Assembly (NCBI GenBank): GCA_000004695.1
Contig: CM000151.3
Span: 1,920,001-1,984,000 of the forward strand
Length of the DNA stretch: 64,000 nt
From: Dictyostelium discoideum
Taxonomy: Eukaryota
Direction of reading: 5' to 3'
This document shows positions 40,673-54,452 of this stretch, piece by piece; within the stretch, counting starts at the first letter, position 1; every line of letters begins with the position of its first letter. The position numbers and the translations under genes were made by a program. The notes under the pieces were generated by a model. It made no database searches. It was not told the DNA's origin and saw only the letters and a program-made list of their open reading frames with translations.

Positions 40673-42949
40673 ATGGATATTTTATATTTTAAAGTTTTTA
40701 AAAATATATATATAAACAAGAAAATTTGGAGTTTTGTAAAAAGATATGACAAAACATCAAAAAGGTATGATGAAATAATATCAATTAGTGAATTGCTTTC
40801 GCTTCATAATAATAAAAATAGAATGAAAATTACAGATCAAGATAGTAGTTTAATTGAACTATTAAAATATAAAATTAAAAGAGGAGATATAATTTTATTT
40901 GATTTTAATATTCAACAATTAATACAAGTTTTTTCTAAAAATGAACAAATTAAACATGATAGAGAATTCTTTAGATGTTTAGTAACCTACTATAAAGAGG
41001 AATTAATTTTTATACCAAATTTATTAGAATCATTTTGTAAATATGGTAATTTAATAGCATTAGAAGAAATTACAAATTTAGAAAAAAGCAATAACAACAA
41101 CAAATATAGTAATAATAATAATAATAAAATTAATAAAATTATATATTATGAAAATTATAAGGTTTCAAAGAAAGCATTTGATTTAGCAATTGAAGTTGGT
41201 GAATTTAAAATTATGGATTTTTTATTCAAGAATCGTAATGAAGGTTATACAGAAAGAGATATTCTTGAGAATATATTTTTAGAAAGTAATAGTAGTAAAA
41301 TGTGTTTAGTTTTCTTAAAGTATGCATTAAATACAATGTCTATAGATTTGTCAAAATGTAAATCAATTAATATAGATTGTTATTACCATTTACAGGATGA
41401 TTTAGAAATTGCAAATAAATTAAATGAATTTGGGTTAATTCATTTTCAAGGAATATCTTATCTTTATCATAATATACCTTTTCCAATTTTAAATACACCA
41501 AATGAATTATTAAATATAGTTAAATCATTTTTATTTATTTTAAAAAAGTATATTTATATAAAACAAGAAGATTACAATGAAGATTATTTTAATAATGAAA
41601 ATTTTGAATATCCAATACCAAAAAGACCACCAATTGAATTAATTGAAAATTTTATAAATAATGAATGTTTATTTACAAATGAAGAATTAGAATTTGATAT
41701 TATTTTAAATTTTAAAGAAACTGATAAAAGAATTGAAAAATTAATTCATTGGTATATATTATTATTTGAACCCTATGGTTTATTCTCTGAATCTGTTGAT
41801 TTAATTTATTCATATATTGCAAAGTATACTAATGATACAATTGAAGATAAACAATTGGTTAATAGAATTTTTAAAAATTCAAATGATTGGGATAAAAATT
41901 TAATTTTTACAATAATATTTTTAAATTGTAATTTTAATTTATTTAATTCATTTTTTAATCGTTTCAATAATTATAGTTATAATAATATTGCTATAAATGG
42001 TATTAAAATTGGAATTTCTTCTTTATTTTAAATAAATTCAAATGAAAAGATTTTACAATTTCTACAATTATTTTATAATAATTATGATTTTAATAGTAAT
42101 TTAAAAAATGAAATTTTAAATGTCATTTATCAACATTTAAAATCAAAATCAAAATTAGAATTATTTTCTCAATTATTTGATTTATTACCTATAAAATTTA
42201 AAGAATATTGTTTACTCAATTTAAATGATGAAAAGAAAATAAATAATAATAATAATATTAATAATATTAATAATATAACAACAATAATTTTACCACAAAT
42301 AGAAACAAAATTATTAATTGAAAAAAAAATAAATGACAATGATTATGGTTATGATAAAAATAAAAAAATGAAAATTGACCCAATAGAGTTAATTAAATTA
42401 CAAAGATTCGAAGAATTATTTGAAAAATATTTTACTTATTATGATGATAACACTAAAGCTTTACTTGAAAATGAAAAACTTTATATTGAAATTGGTAATA
42501 AATGTGTACAATTTGATGAATTACTTGATAGGTTTATTAAAGTATTAATTAATTTTAATTTATTGGAAAATTCAAAAGAGTTTATAATAAATTCAATTTT
42601 AATTAAATCAATTAAAAATGGATTTTTAAAGAATTTACAATACTTTTTAACAACTGATAATAGAAATTTATTTAAAATTTCAAATGAAATTATTATAAAG
42701 ATTTTATTAAATTCAGCAATTATTAATGATAATATTACAATGGTTTCTTATTTACTTTCAATTTTATTTCCTTTTTTATTTTTTAATAACAATCAAATAA
42801 TATCATCTCAAACAATTCCAAGAATTTCAACAGTAACAAAAGAAGAAAAAGAATTGTTATTAAGTATTAATGAACAATTAAATTCTATAAAATTAATTAC
42901 AAAAATGGAAAATTATTTAAAAAAAACAATACTTTTTTTTGATTTATAA
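40673..42949 (+). CDS. Member B of the LFWKVF-motif paralog family. It forms one continuous reading frame of about 758 codons, interrupted by a single in-frame TAA at 42029..42031.
   Basis: ORFs 40673..42031 and 42368..42949 are in the same frame (1695 nt apart). The sequence between them (42032..42367) is open in that frame and coding-like (INSNEKILQFLQLFYNNYDFNSNLKNEILNVIYQHLKSKSK...). The N-terminus MDILYFKVFKNIYINKKIWSF matches the family motif. Confidence 0.5.
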
Positions 42950-43131
42950 ATCAAAATTTTAAATATATTTTTTTTTTTTTCCTAATAATATAAAATAAAC
43001 CTATAATTTAATTTCAAAAAAAAAAAAAAAAAAAAAAAAAAGAAATTTCAAGATTTAATTAATTATATCTATTTCCAAGTCTATGTTATCATACTTTTTT
43101 TCATTTTTTTTTTTATAATTAATTATACCAA

Positions 43132-43161
43132 AAATAATCAGTTTTTAAAAACTGATTATTT
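43132..43161. other. Perfect 30-bp palindrome (aaataatcagttttt|aaaaactgattattt) in the intergenic region 470 bp upstream of the gene starting at 43629.
   Basis: Exact reverse-complement symmetry of the 15-nt arms with no spacer. Confidence 0.85.
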
Positions 43162-43586
43162 ACATCATTACCATAATGATCTTCAAAAAAATTTTTTATT
43201 TTATATAATTTTTTTTTTATATTTTTATTTTTATTTTGGTTTTTTTTGGTTTTTTGGTTTTTTTTGGTTTTTTTTTTGGTTTTTAGATGAATTTAAAAAT
43301 ATCTTTTAAAATTATTTTTGGAAAAAATAAAGTTGAAATTAGAAGGATTGGGAGATTGATTCAAGTTAATTTTTTTTTTTAATTATTTTTTATTTTTTAT
43401 TTTTAATTTTTTAATTTTTTTTTTTTTTGGGGTTGAAAATTTTTTTTTTAATTTTTTATTTTTTGTTTTTTAATTTTTTTTAATTTTTTTTTTTAATACA
43501 AAAACAGTACGTTTTTATATCAATGCAGCCAAATAAATACACATACATATATTGCTTTTCATATTAATAATAATAAAAAATAATTT

Positions 43587-43628
<42 letters not shown>

Positions 43629-43631
<3 letters not shown>

Positions 43632-43694
43632 AATAATGAAGACACTATTAACAATAATAGTATTATATTTACCAATAACAACATTATTAATAAT

Positions 43695-43788
<94 letters not shown>

Positions 43789-44501
43789 TTGAAAGCGATA
43801 GTGAAGTTTTATTTTGGAAAGTTTTTCATAATAAATTTTTATTGTATTATATATTGAAATGCGTATCATTGCTACCATTAGAATTTACAGATACTGAATT
43901 GTATTATGTTGGAAATAGATCAAAATTTTCAAATATTAAATCACTTTATTGGATGTTATATCATAAACAATTCACACTTGTAATTGATAAATTAATATCA
44001 AATCAAGTGGTTTATATATCACCAGTTTCAATTGAATATTTAATTGAAAAATGTAAACAACCAACAACAACAACAACAACAACAACTACAACTACAACAA
44101 CTACTACTACTACAATTACAACAAAAACAACAACAACCACAGAAGAACAAGAGAATTTATTAAAACAATATAAACAAATTTATCAACTTTTAATTGAAAA
44201 AAATAAAAAAGAATTACAAAGTGTAAATTTAGTAGATAGCTGTATTAGAAATGATAATACATTAGCATTACCATTATTCTTAACAGATTCAACAAATTTA
44301 ATATTACCACAAACCATTACTACATGTATAAAAAATTGTTCCTCTGATACATTATCATTACTACTTTCATCAATTAATCAAAATTCAACAATACCTTTAT
44401 CAGAATATATAAATCCACGTCAAACAATTTTAGATGCAACTTTTAATGAGCAATATAGAGATGAAATGATTAAATTTATATTGGATTATAAATATAAATC
44501 A

Positions 44502-44587
<86 letters not shown>

Positions 44588-45236
44588 TGATGATGATAAT
44601 GATAATAATAATAATGGTGCAGATGAAAATTTTAAAAAAATATTTGAACCATTAAATAATACAACTATACCAAATTTCTCATTAATAAAATCAAAACAAT
44701 TAAAGTTAAGAATGGTTAAAGAATTTTCAAATTTCTTTTACTTGGATCCAATTTCACCAAGTTATCAAATTTTATCACAATCAATTGAAGAATGTAAATC
44801 ATATATTCAATTATTATATATAAAGATTGGTGTTGGTATACCAAAACATTTATTATCAGAAATTAATCAAATTGAAAAGAAATATAATAATACTGATCAA
44901 AATAATAATCAATTAATAATTCAAAAATTGAAAGCAATTGTTATTAAAGAGACTGGATCATTAGATTTCTATTTACAATATTTATTAGAGTATGATCAAA
45001 TCGTTGAAAATCATCAACATAATCAACCACAGAAATTATTAATTTGTAATTACACATTAGCCTTATTTTCATTAAATGGTTTAAAATATTTAGTTAATGA
45101 AAGATATCAAATTACTGATACATCATATCGTAGAGATGAAATTAATAATATCTTTAAAAAATATCGTGGTCAAATTTTAAAAAATCAATCAAAAATTATT
45201 GAATTCTTTCAATTTTATTTTCAAAAATTAAAAATA

Positions 45237-45297
<61 letters not shown>

Positions 45298-45894
45298 GTA
45301 ATAATAATAGTAATAATAATAATAATAATATAAATAATAATAAAAGAAATTCAGATATATTAGGATTAAAAAAATGGGAAGATATTATTAAATTTTTAGT
45401 AATTAATTGTTCAATTGAAACATTGAATGAATTAAAAGGAATTGAAGGTTTTCCAATTGAACATTTCTTATGTATTAATCATAGGGATATTCATGATCCA
45501 TTGAAATATGATTGGTTTGTTAAATGTATTTTATTGGAGAATAGAAAGATGCCACATTTCAGATCAACATTACAGTATATTAAAGATCAAGAGAATTTCT
45601 ACCCACATTCATGGCAATTAATAACAAAATTAGAATCGAAATTAAAGATTAAATTAACTGACGAATATTATCATTTATTCATTCATTCAATTTTAACTTA
45701 TGATTTAGAATCAATTTTAAAATTGAATACTTTAAATTTAAAATTTAAAGATCAATCTTATTATCAATCAAATGGTAATGTTGGTTTTGCAAGTTCTAAT
45801 AATTCTGTACTTTTAAATAATGTTGTAAATGATGAAAATTATAATAATAATGACCATATTGATGAATATTATCATTATAATAGTAATAAAAATT

Positions 45895-45978
<84 letters not shown>

Positions 45979-47303
45979 GAAGAAATAACAATAATAATAA
46001 GAATAGATATAGATTTAGAAATAGATATGGTATTGATGTTGGTGCAATGATTATTGGTAGTAGTGGTGGTGGTGGTGGAGGTGGAGGTGGTGGAGGTGGT
46101 GTCAATAATGATGAAGAAAATGAGGATAATAATAGTAATATTGATAATATTAATAATAGTGATGAAAATGATGAAAATTGTGAAATTAAAACTAAATTTA
46201 AAATACCAGAAACATTTGATAAAGTTTTAAATTTATTTACTTATTTTAATATAACACAATTTAAATCATTTACAGCACAAATTTTTAAGAATATGATAAA
46301 GCTATTTTTAAATAGTCCTGGTATTACTTTGGAAGAGTTATCAATGGTACCTTGTAATTTCAATATTTTTAAGAGGGAATCATTATATCTATTATTGACA
46401 TTCATTTATCAAATTAAATTTGAAAAGGTTTGTTTCATAATAAAGAATACTAAATTTCAATTCAATCTAAATGGTATTCAATTCCCACCAGATTCAATCA
46501 TTAATAAATTTCATAGAGATCATCAATTCGATGATAATTCAGTTGATCCAAAAACTTTTAAATTACTAAATTTTAAAAATCATTTACAAATAATTCAAAT
46601 TATAAATTCATTATTTGATTGGATATCATTAGTTACAAATTTAGAACAACAACAACAACAACAACAAAATAATAATGGTAATAATAATTTTTATGATCAA
46701 AAGAAAATGTTAACTTTGTTTTTACCAGTTTTTGATTATTTATATAAGAGATTATTACAAACTAGTGGTACAACATTAAAGGATATTGAAATGGTAATAG
46801 TTTTATTTAAAAAGTTTGGTATTACAATTCAAGAGGATTTCTTTAACATTTTCTTTTATTTCCTTATAAAATCAAATAAATTTAAAAAATATTTCAATTA
46901 TAAATTATCAAATCTATTAACAACACCATATGATTTAATTGATAAAAAGAAACAACCAAAATTAGAGAAATATTTTAATAGTAGTGCTTTCTCTTTTAAT
47001 CAAATTTTAAATACAAATTTTTATGATTTATTCTTAATTTTAAAAAATCATTTAAATTATCAAATTAATTTAATGCCACCACAACCTCAACAACCTCAAC
47101 AACCTCAACAACCTCATCATCAACAACAACAACAACACTACCTTAATTTTAATAATTTCATTGAAAATATTAATAATCATAATAATCATAGTATTCAACA
47201 AATTGAAAATCTTTATCATCAAGCTAATAGTATTCATGCACAATATAATAATAATAATAATAACAACAATAATAATAACAATAATAATAATAATAACAAC
47301 AAC

Positions 47304-47361
<58 letters not shown>

Positions 47362-48170
47362 GTGGTAATGATGAAATTAAAAATAAATTAAATCAAAAGG
47401 ATAGAATGATTGAAGATTTGAAATTTTTATTAGATATTGGATTAATTGGTTTAGCATTAAAATTAATTAGAGAGGAAGAAGTTTTATCAAAGGAAGAATT
47501 GAAACAAGTTATTGAAGAAATCTTAAAATCATTAGTATCGATCATATCAGTTGAAGATTTTGAATGTTTTATTCAAGATGGTTTCATTGAAATTAATGAA
47601 TTATTAAGTTTTGCTATAATAACTTCAAGATTAGATTTAATTAAAATAATTTTAGAAGATTATAATAGTGATGAAATTAATAATCAAAATGATAATGATG
47701 ATTTATTATCAAAAATTTCAAATTATTCATGTATATTTGAAACATGCCAAAATGATATTATCATTTATTTATTTTCAAAATTTAGACAACAATTAACAAA
47801 TTATGATCAAAGTAGATGGCAAGTTATTGATTCAAGTGAACCCGATTTATTCGATATTTCATTCATGAATGGTAATTTAGAGATAACTCAATTATTATTA
47901 AGTTTTTATCCAATTTATAGTGGTAATGGTAATGGTAATGGTAATAATAGTAGTAATAATAATAATAATAATAATAATGGTTGTAGATTTAAATTTAAAG
48001 AAGAAATAATTCAAAAAACTTTATTAAAAGGTTGTTTTCCTATTGTTAAATTTTATTATGAAAATGGTTTCTTCAGTAATCAATTGGTTGATTCAATTAG
48101 ACAATTACCAATTTCAAAGTTTTTACCTTGGTTAACAAATAAAAGAAAATTTGAAGAATTAGAATTTTAA
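43629..48170 (+). CDS. Member C of the LFWKVF-motif paralog family (1513 aa), with multiple poly-Asn tracts, a poly-Thr run, a poly-Gly run and ankyrin-like degenerate repeats near the C-terminus.
   Basis: Single long ORF. N-terminus reads ...SEVLFWKVFHNKFLLYYILKC...KSLYWMLYHKQFTLVIDKL. C-terminal region reads SFMNGNLEITQLLLSFYP / TLLKGCFPIVKFYYENGFF. Confidence 0.65.
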
Positions 48171-48946
48171 ATAATAATAATAAATATAATTAATAAATTA
48201 ATAAAAAAGTTATAACAAATATGTTTCCTTTTTTTTTTGTTTTTTTTTTTTTAACAAAAAGTTTATTTTTAGAATTTAATTATTTGTTGCTCTGTACCTG
48301 GAATTTAAAAAACATAAGTACCAATCAAATGATAGAAAAAGGAAAGATTTATCATTATTATTATGGTTAATTATTTGAATACAGTGCCAGAGATTTTTAA
48401 TTACATTTTTGAGCGTATTGTGGTTAATGTCTCTTTTCCCATCTTAATATTTTTCTGCTTTGGCACATTCAACAAACCAACATGGTTAATTAATAAATTT
48501 TTGAAATAAAATAAAAAACAATTATTAAAAAATTTATTTATTAAAAAAAAAAAAAAAACAACTTAAATCTGTTTTGATAAACTTTTTTTTTAATTGTTTA
48601 TTTTTTATTTTTCTTCTTCTTCACTAAATTAATCTTTACCCAAAGAAATATATATATATATTTAAAAAAAATAATAAAAAAAAGTGTTAATTTGTTTTTA
48701 TTAAATATTTTGTTTTTATTTTTATTTTTATTTTTTTTTTTTCCACGAAAAAAAGCGCAAGTTTATTTTTTTTATTTTTTTTTATTTTTTTTATTATTTT
48801 TTAAAAACCAATTATGTCTTTCAGATAGTCGACTATCAAATAATAATTTTCAATTTGCTTAATAAAAAAAGGGTTACAATATAAATAATAATAATAATAA
48901 TACTAAATAATAATAAATAAAAAAAACATTAATATTAATAAAAAAA

Positions 48947-50274
48947 ATGTCAAAAAATAGTAATGTTACAATAGTTGATCCAGTATTAAGATTAAAACCA
49001 ACAATTGGTGGTGACCCATCTCACCCATTCTCTGATTTTAAAATTGAAATAGGTGTAAATAAAATTGGTAGAGCATCATCAAATAATATATACTTAAAAG
49101 GTGATACTTCAGTTTCAAATTATCATGCTCAACTAGGTAATTATTTATTTTTAAAATAAAAAAAATAAAAAATAAAAAAATAAAAAAATAAAAAATAAAA
49201 AAATAAAAAAATAAAAAAATAAAAAAATAAAAAATAAAATAATTCTAACTCATTTATTTATATAATTTATGTGTATATTTTTTTTTAGTATTTAATGGAG
49301 CATTCTTTTTAATTAAAGATTTAAATAGTTTAAATAAAACTATGGTTCAATATAGACCAAATGAAGATACAACTGTCTTAAAACCAAATTTAGAGTATCC
49401 AATTATTAATGGTAGTAAAATTACATTTGGCTCTGCAACAATGACACTCAGTTATATGGAAGTTCATAATAGTAATTATTCAAATGATACAATAAATACA
49501 GAGAAAAATTTTAGTTATACTGATAATAGATTAGTACCTCCATCACCACCTGAACCAAAACAACAACAACAACAACAGCAACAACAAATTAATAAACCAC
49601 AACCAATACAAAATATAAACACCACAACCACAACCACAACTACTACAACTACAACCACAGATACAGGTGCATCACTCCTATCTCCAAAATCATCAAATAA
49701 CAACAACAACAACAGCAACAACAACAGCAATACAACCACCACAACTTCATCATCTCCATCTCACCTTTTAACCACCTCTAATTCTGAAATAAAAGATATT
49801 GAAAATAATGTACACCATATAAATAGCAATAACAAAAGAAAACAAGAAGATGAAAATGTTGATAGTTTAGGTAGTTTTGACGACGATGGCAATCTGGTAA
49901 CTGTTAAAAAGCACAAATTAAATAAAATAATAGATGAAGAACACGAAGAACATGAAGAGTATGAACAAAAAGAACTAAAAGAAAAAGAAAAAGAAAAAGA
50001 AAAAGAAAAAGAAAAGAAAAAAGAAATTAAAAAGACAGTATCAAAATATAATATAGAAATTGAAGATGATTTAGAAATGGAGGAAGATGAAAAATTAAAT
50101 AACAATCAAAGTTATGATAGAACTGAACAACAAAATGATAATAATAATGATAATGATAATATTGATAATATGATGGACGAAGAGGATGATGAAATTTCTT
50201 CATCACCTCAACCAATTAGAAAAGAAAATAAAATAGTTAAAAACGATAAAAAAAAAGAGAAAAAAGAAGAAACC

Positions 50275-50347
<73 letters not shown>

Positions 50348-51369
50348 GTATTAGTAATACAAGTCAAAATAGTATAACAAGTCAACAAAGTGATATTAGC
50401 AATAATAGTAGTGGAAGTGTTTGTAAAAGGGGTAAAAGAGGTGCTGGAAAAGTAAATGATGTATATATCAATAATATAGGTATTGATATTGTAAATAGTA
50501 AAAGAAAAACATCAAAACCTGAAAGATTAGAAGAACAAATTTTACAAAAATCATCTTCATCATTATCTTCATCTTCTTCATTACCCTCGTCATCTTCATC
50601 CTCCTCATCATCATCTTCATTTGATAATAAAGAGAAAGAAGAAATAATTAATAAATCACCAAAAAAACAACAAACACCAAAAACAACAACAACAACAACA
50701 AAAACAACTACAAAAACAACATCATCAACAGCAAAAGCAAATTCAAATATAAAGATATTATTTTCAATGTTTTCAGATGATGTTGTAAAGAATTTTGAAT
50801 CAATTTGTTTAAAACTTGGTGGTTCATTAGCAAATAATTCAAAAGAATGTACACATTTGGTTAGTGATGAAATGAAAAGATCGAAAAAGATATTGGAGTG
50901 TATTTCATTTGGTAAAATTATTGTAACCTCTAAATGGTTAAAGGAAAGTAAGAAATCGAATCATTTCTTACCAGAATCACAATACCTTTTAAAGGATGAA
51001 AAAGCAGAATCAGAGTGGGATTTTAATTTGGAGAAATCTTTATCAATCGCTAGAAATAGGGTTAGTGGTAGTGCTGCTTTAAAACCGTTGTTTAATAATA
51101 TGTTGTTTTTCATAACAAAGAATTCAATACCACCAAAGGAATTCCTTAAAGAGATTATTGAAATCAATGGTGGTAATTTATTGGATGATATCAAAGATGC
51201 TGAGAACCAAGAGAATCAAAAAAAAATTATAGCCGTAATTGCAAATGCTGATAAAGATAAAAGGTCTTTAAAAAAATGGTCTGATAATTCTTATAAAGTT
51301 TTAAAAGGAGATTTCATTTTATTATCTGTACTTTCTCAACATTTAATTTATGAAGGTTGTGAAATTTAA
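48947..51369 (+). CDS. FHA domain + C-terminal tandem BRCT domain protein (MDC1-like architecture), two exons (48947..49136, 49289..51369), about 757 aa.
   Basis: FHA motifs span the intron: IGRASSNNIYLKGDTSVSNYHAQL|VFNGAFFLIKDLNSLNKTMVQ. The GTAATT donor at 49137 and ttttttAG acceptor at 49287-49288 are phase-1 consistent. C-terminus: ILFSMFSDD..ICLKLGGSL....CTHLVSDEMKRSKKILECISFGKIIVTSKWL (BRCT1) and LFNNMLFFITKNSIPPKEFLKEIIEINGGNLL (BRCT2). The middle region is low-complexity (poly-T, poly-N, (KE)n, poly-S). Intron 1 carries an (A6-7T)n array. Confidence 0.75.
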
Positions 51370-53023
51370 AATAATAATAATAATTAAAATAAAATGGAAA
51401 AAAAAAATTAAATTTATAATTAATTAAAAAAAAAAAAAAAAAAAAAAATTTATTTTTTTAATTGTAATAGGTAATCATTAAATTTCTATATACTGAAATA
51501 AATAAAAAAATGAGATAAAAAAAAAAAAAAAAAAAAAAAAACCACATTCCGATTACAACAGATAAAGCCATAAAATTAAATTGAAGTGTGGTAAAGATAA
51601 AAATAAATTAAAAAAATTAAAATGGTGTTTGTGGGGGTGAGAATAAAAAAAAAATAAAAAAAAAAACAATTAAAAATTAAAATAAAAAAAAAAAAAAAAA
51701 ACAATAACATTTTTGACCATATTTTATAAAAAGTTCATAAAAGGAAAAATCGATTTGGTTTTTTTATTTTTATTTTTATTTTTATTTTTTTTTTTTGTTG
51801 ATTTATTATTTTTAATTTTTTTTTTTTTTTTATTTTATTATTTTTTTTTAAAAAAAAATAAATAGTTTTAAAGAAAAAAAAAAAAAATAGTTTTACATAT
51901 TTATTTGCATTCTTTTTTTTATTTTCAAATTATTATTTTTTTTTTTTGTGTGTTCATTGTTTTTAATCAAAAAATAAAAAAATAAAAAAATAAATAAATA
52001 AAAAAATAAATAAAATTTTATTTTCAGTTTTTTTTTTTTTTTTATAATAATCAAATCAGCGATAAATTTGTTTTTTATTAATATTATTATTGTTTTTTTT
52101 TATTTTTTAAATTAAAAATCTTTATTAATAAGAATTAATTATTATATAATTAAATTTTATAAATTTTGGGTTTTTTTTTTTTTTTTTGTCATAAATTATT
52201 TTATTATTTTTTATTATTTTTTTGCATACCCGAATAATTATAATTTATTCAAATTAACGTACGATTTTCAATAGCATGTAAGTTTCATAGTTTTTAACCA
52301 TAGTAGATGTAACAAACCACTTTTTTTTATTTATTTTTTTAATTGTTTTTTTTTTTTCACGTGCAGAAAAAAAAAAAAAAAAAAATGGTGTTTGTATTTT
52401 TGATTTGTTTGTTGCAAATTATTACAAATGTCAAAAAATAATTTTTTTTATTTAATTTAATTTTTTTATTTATTTATTTTTATTTATATTTTTTTTTTTT
52501 TTTTTTAATGTATTAAAATAATTATTTGTTAAAAAAAAATAAAAATTTTGGATATTATTTTTTGGTTTTTTTCAATTTTTTTTTTTTATTGGTTTTTTTT
52601 TATTTTTTTTTTCTAAACATTAATTGTTAAAACCAAAAAAAAAAAAAAAATTAATATCCAAAAAAAAAAAAAAAAAGCAAAAATAGGATAATATTCACAG
52701 GTAAAAATAAATTAAATTGATCAAAAGGGAAATTTTGTCAGGTAAATTATTTTTTTTTTTTCTTTTAGGATTCCTAAAAAAAAAAAAAAGTAAAATAAAA
52801 TAAATAAAAAAAAATTAAAAAAAAATTTTTATTTGTAAATTCAAGTTCTCTTGTTATTACAAATTTAATCAAACAAATAAGGGTTACCACCACACACCCA
52901 ATAAAAAAAAAAAAAAATTATTAACAAACAACTAGTTGGTACATAATTATATAAATTAATATATCAAAAATAATATTAATATACAAAAAATTATCATTAA
53001 AACATTTTCTGTCCACCAAACTA

Positions 53024-53059
<36 letters not shown>

Positions 53060-54053
53060 AAAAAAAAAAAAAAAAAAAAAAATTAATTGTTGTGTGTTTG
53101 AAGTTGGGTGTTTTCGGTAAAAATTTTTTTTTTTTTTTTTGGTGGTGCATTTAATAGAAATGTTGTTTGGGTAGATAGAAAAAATGAGTGGTGTGTGTGA
53201 ATAATCTAATTTTATCAATATATAATAATAATAATTATAATAATAATAATAATAATGCAATATATTTGCACTTTTTTTTTTTTTTTTTAATTTCACTTTT
53301 TTTAATTTTTTTTTTTTTAATATACAATAATTTATTATGTAATAATTTAATAATCACATCAATAATCAATTTATATATATTTAATAATTTTAATAATTAT
53401 TATTTTTACTACACACTATTTTTTTTTTTTTTTTTTTTTTCACTTTAAAAATTACAGATTTATTTTGTCACAAAAAAAAACAAAAACAAAAAAACAATTG
53501 TTATATATGTATATGTATATATATATGTATATGTATATTAAATAAACTTATAAAAAATTAAAATTTCATTTATTATAACATTTTTTTTAAAAAAAAAAAA
53601 AAAAATTAATATTAAATATAAAATTACAAGCGAAAAAAACAAAAAAGAATTTTAAAATATTAAATTACATTCATATAATCAAAGAAATCTCACCACATGA
53701 AAAAATAAAAAAATAAATAAATAAATAAAAAATAAAAAAATAAAAAATAAAAAAATAAAAAAAATAAAAAAAAAAAACAACTCCCAATTCAACCATAATA
53801 ATAAATAATAAATAATACACCCTTTTTTATCTTTTTTTATTTTTTTTTTTATTTTTTTTTATTATTTTTATTTTTTTTAAATTATTATATTATTAATTAT
53901 TAATATCATTATTATTTTAATATTCCCTCAGTAACAATAAATCATTTTTCTTAGTTTGAATTTTTAAATAATAAAAACAAAGCGCTGTAATAATTTAAAA
54001 TTTTCCATTAATAGTTAATAAATAAATTAATAAATAAATATAATAATTAAAAA

Positions 54054-54420
54054 ATGATGGCAGAAACAGCAGAGGATTCAGATCCAATCTCAGAAGCAGT
54101 TGGGTAAGATTATAAAGTTATATTAAAGAAAAAAAAAAAAAATAAAATAAAAAACTAGGGTTATATATATATATTATATACTAATTAATATTTTTTTTAT
54201 TTTTATTTTATATTTTTTTTTTTTTTCTAAATTAATTAATGAATTATTAGATTCATTAGTAATATACTATCAAGTGATACAGAATTACAATATAAAGGAT
54301 TAAAAGGGTTAATGATATGTCCAACTTCACTTGTTGTTGAGTTATTCAAAAATCCAGCTTACTTTTATCATATAAAAAAACATCCAAATCATAAATTTAA
54401 TAACCATAATAATCATAATG

Positions 54421-54452
<32 letters not shown>

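Noticed and set aside
43589-43878. Short ORFs 43589..43789 (minus), 43636..43857 (plus) and 43696..43878 (minus); similar ones at 45829..46105, 47161..47391 and 50203..50388
   Set aside because: Frame-shifted or antisense translations of (AAT)n tracts within the large family and FHA genes.
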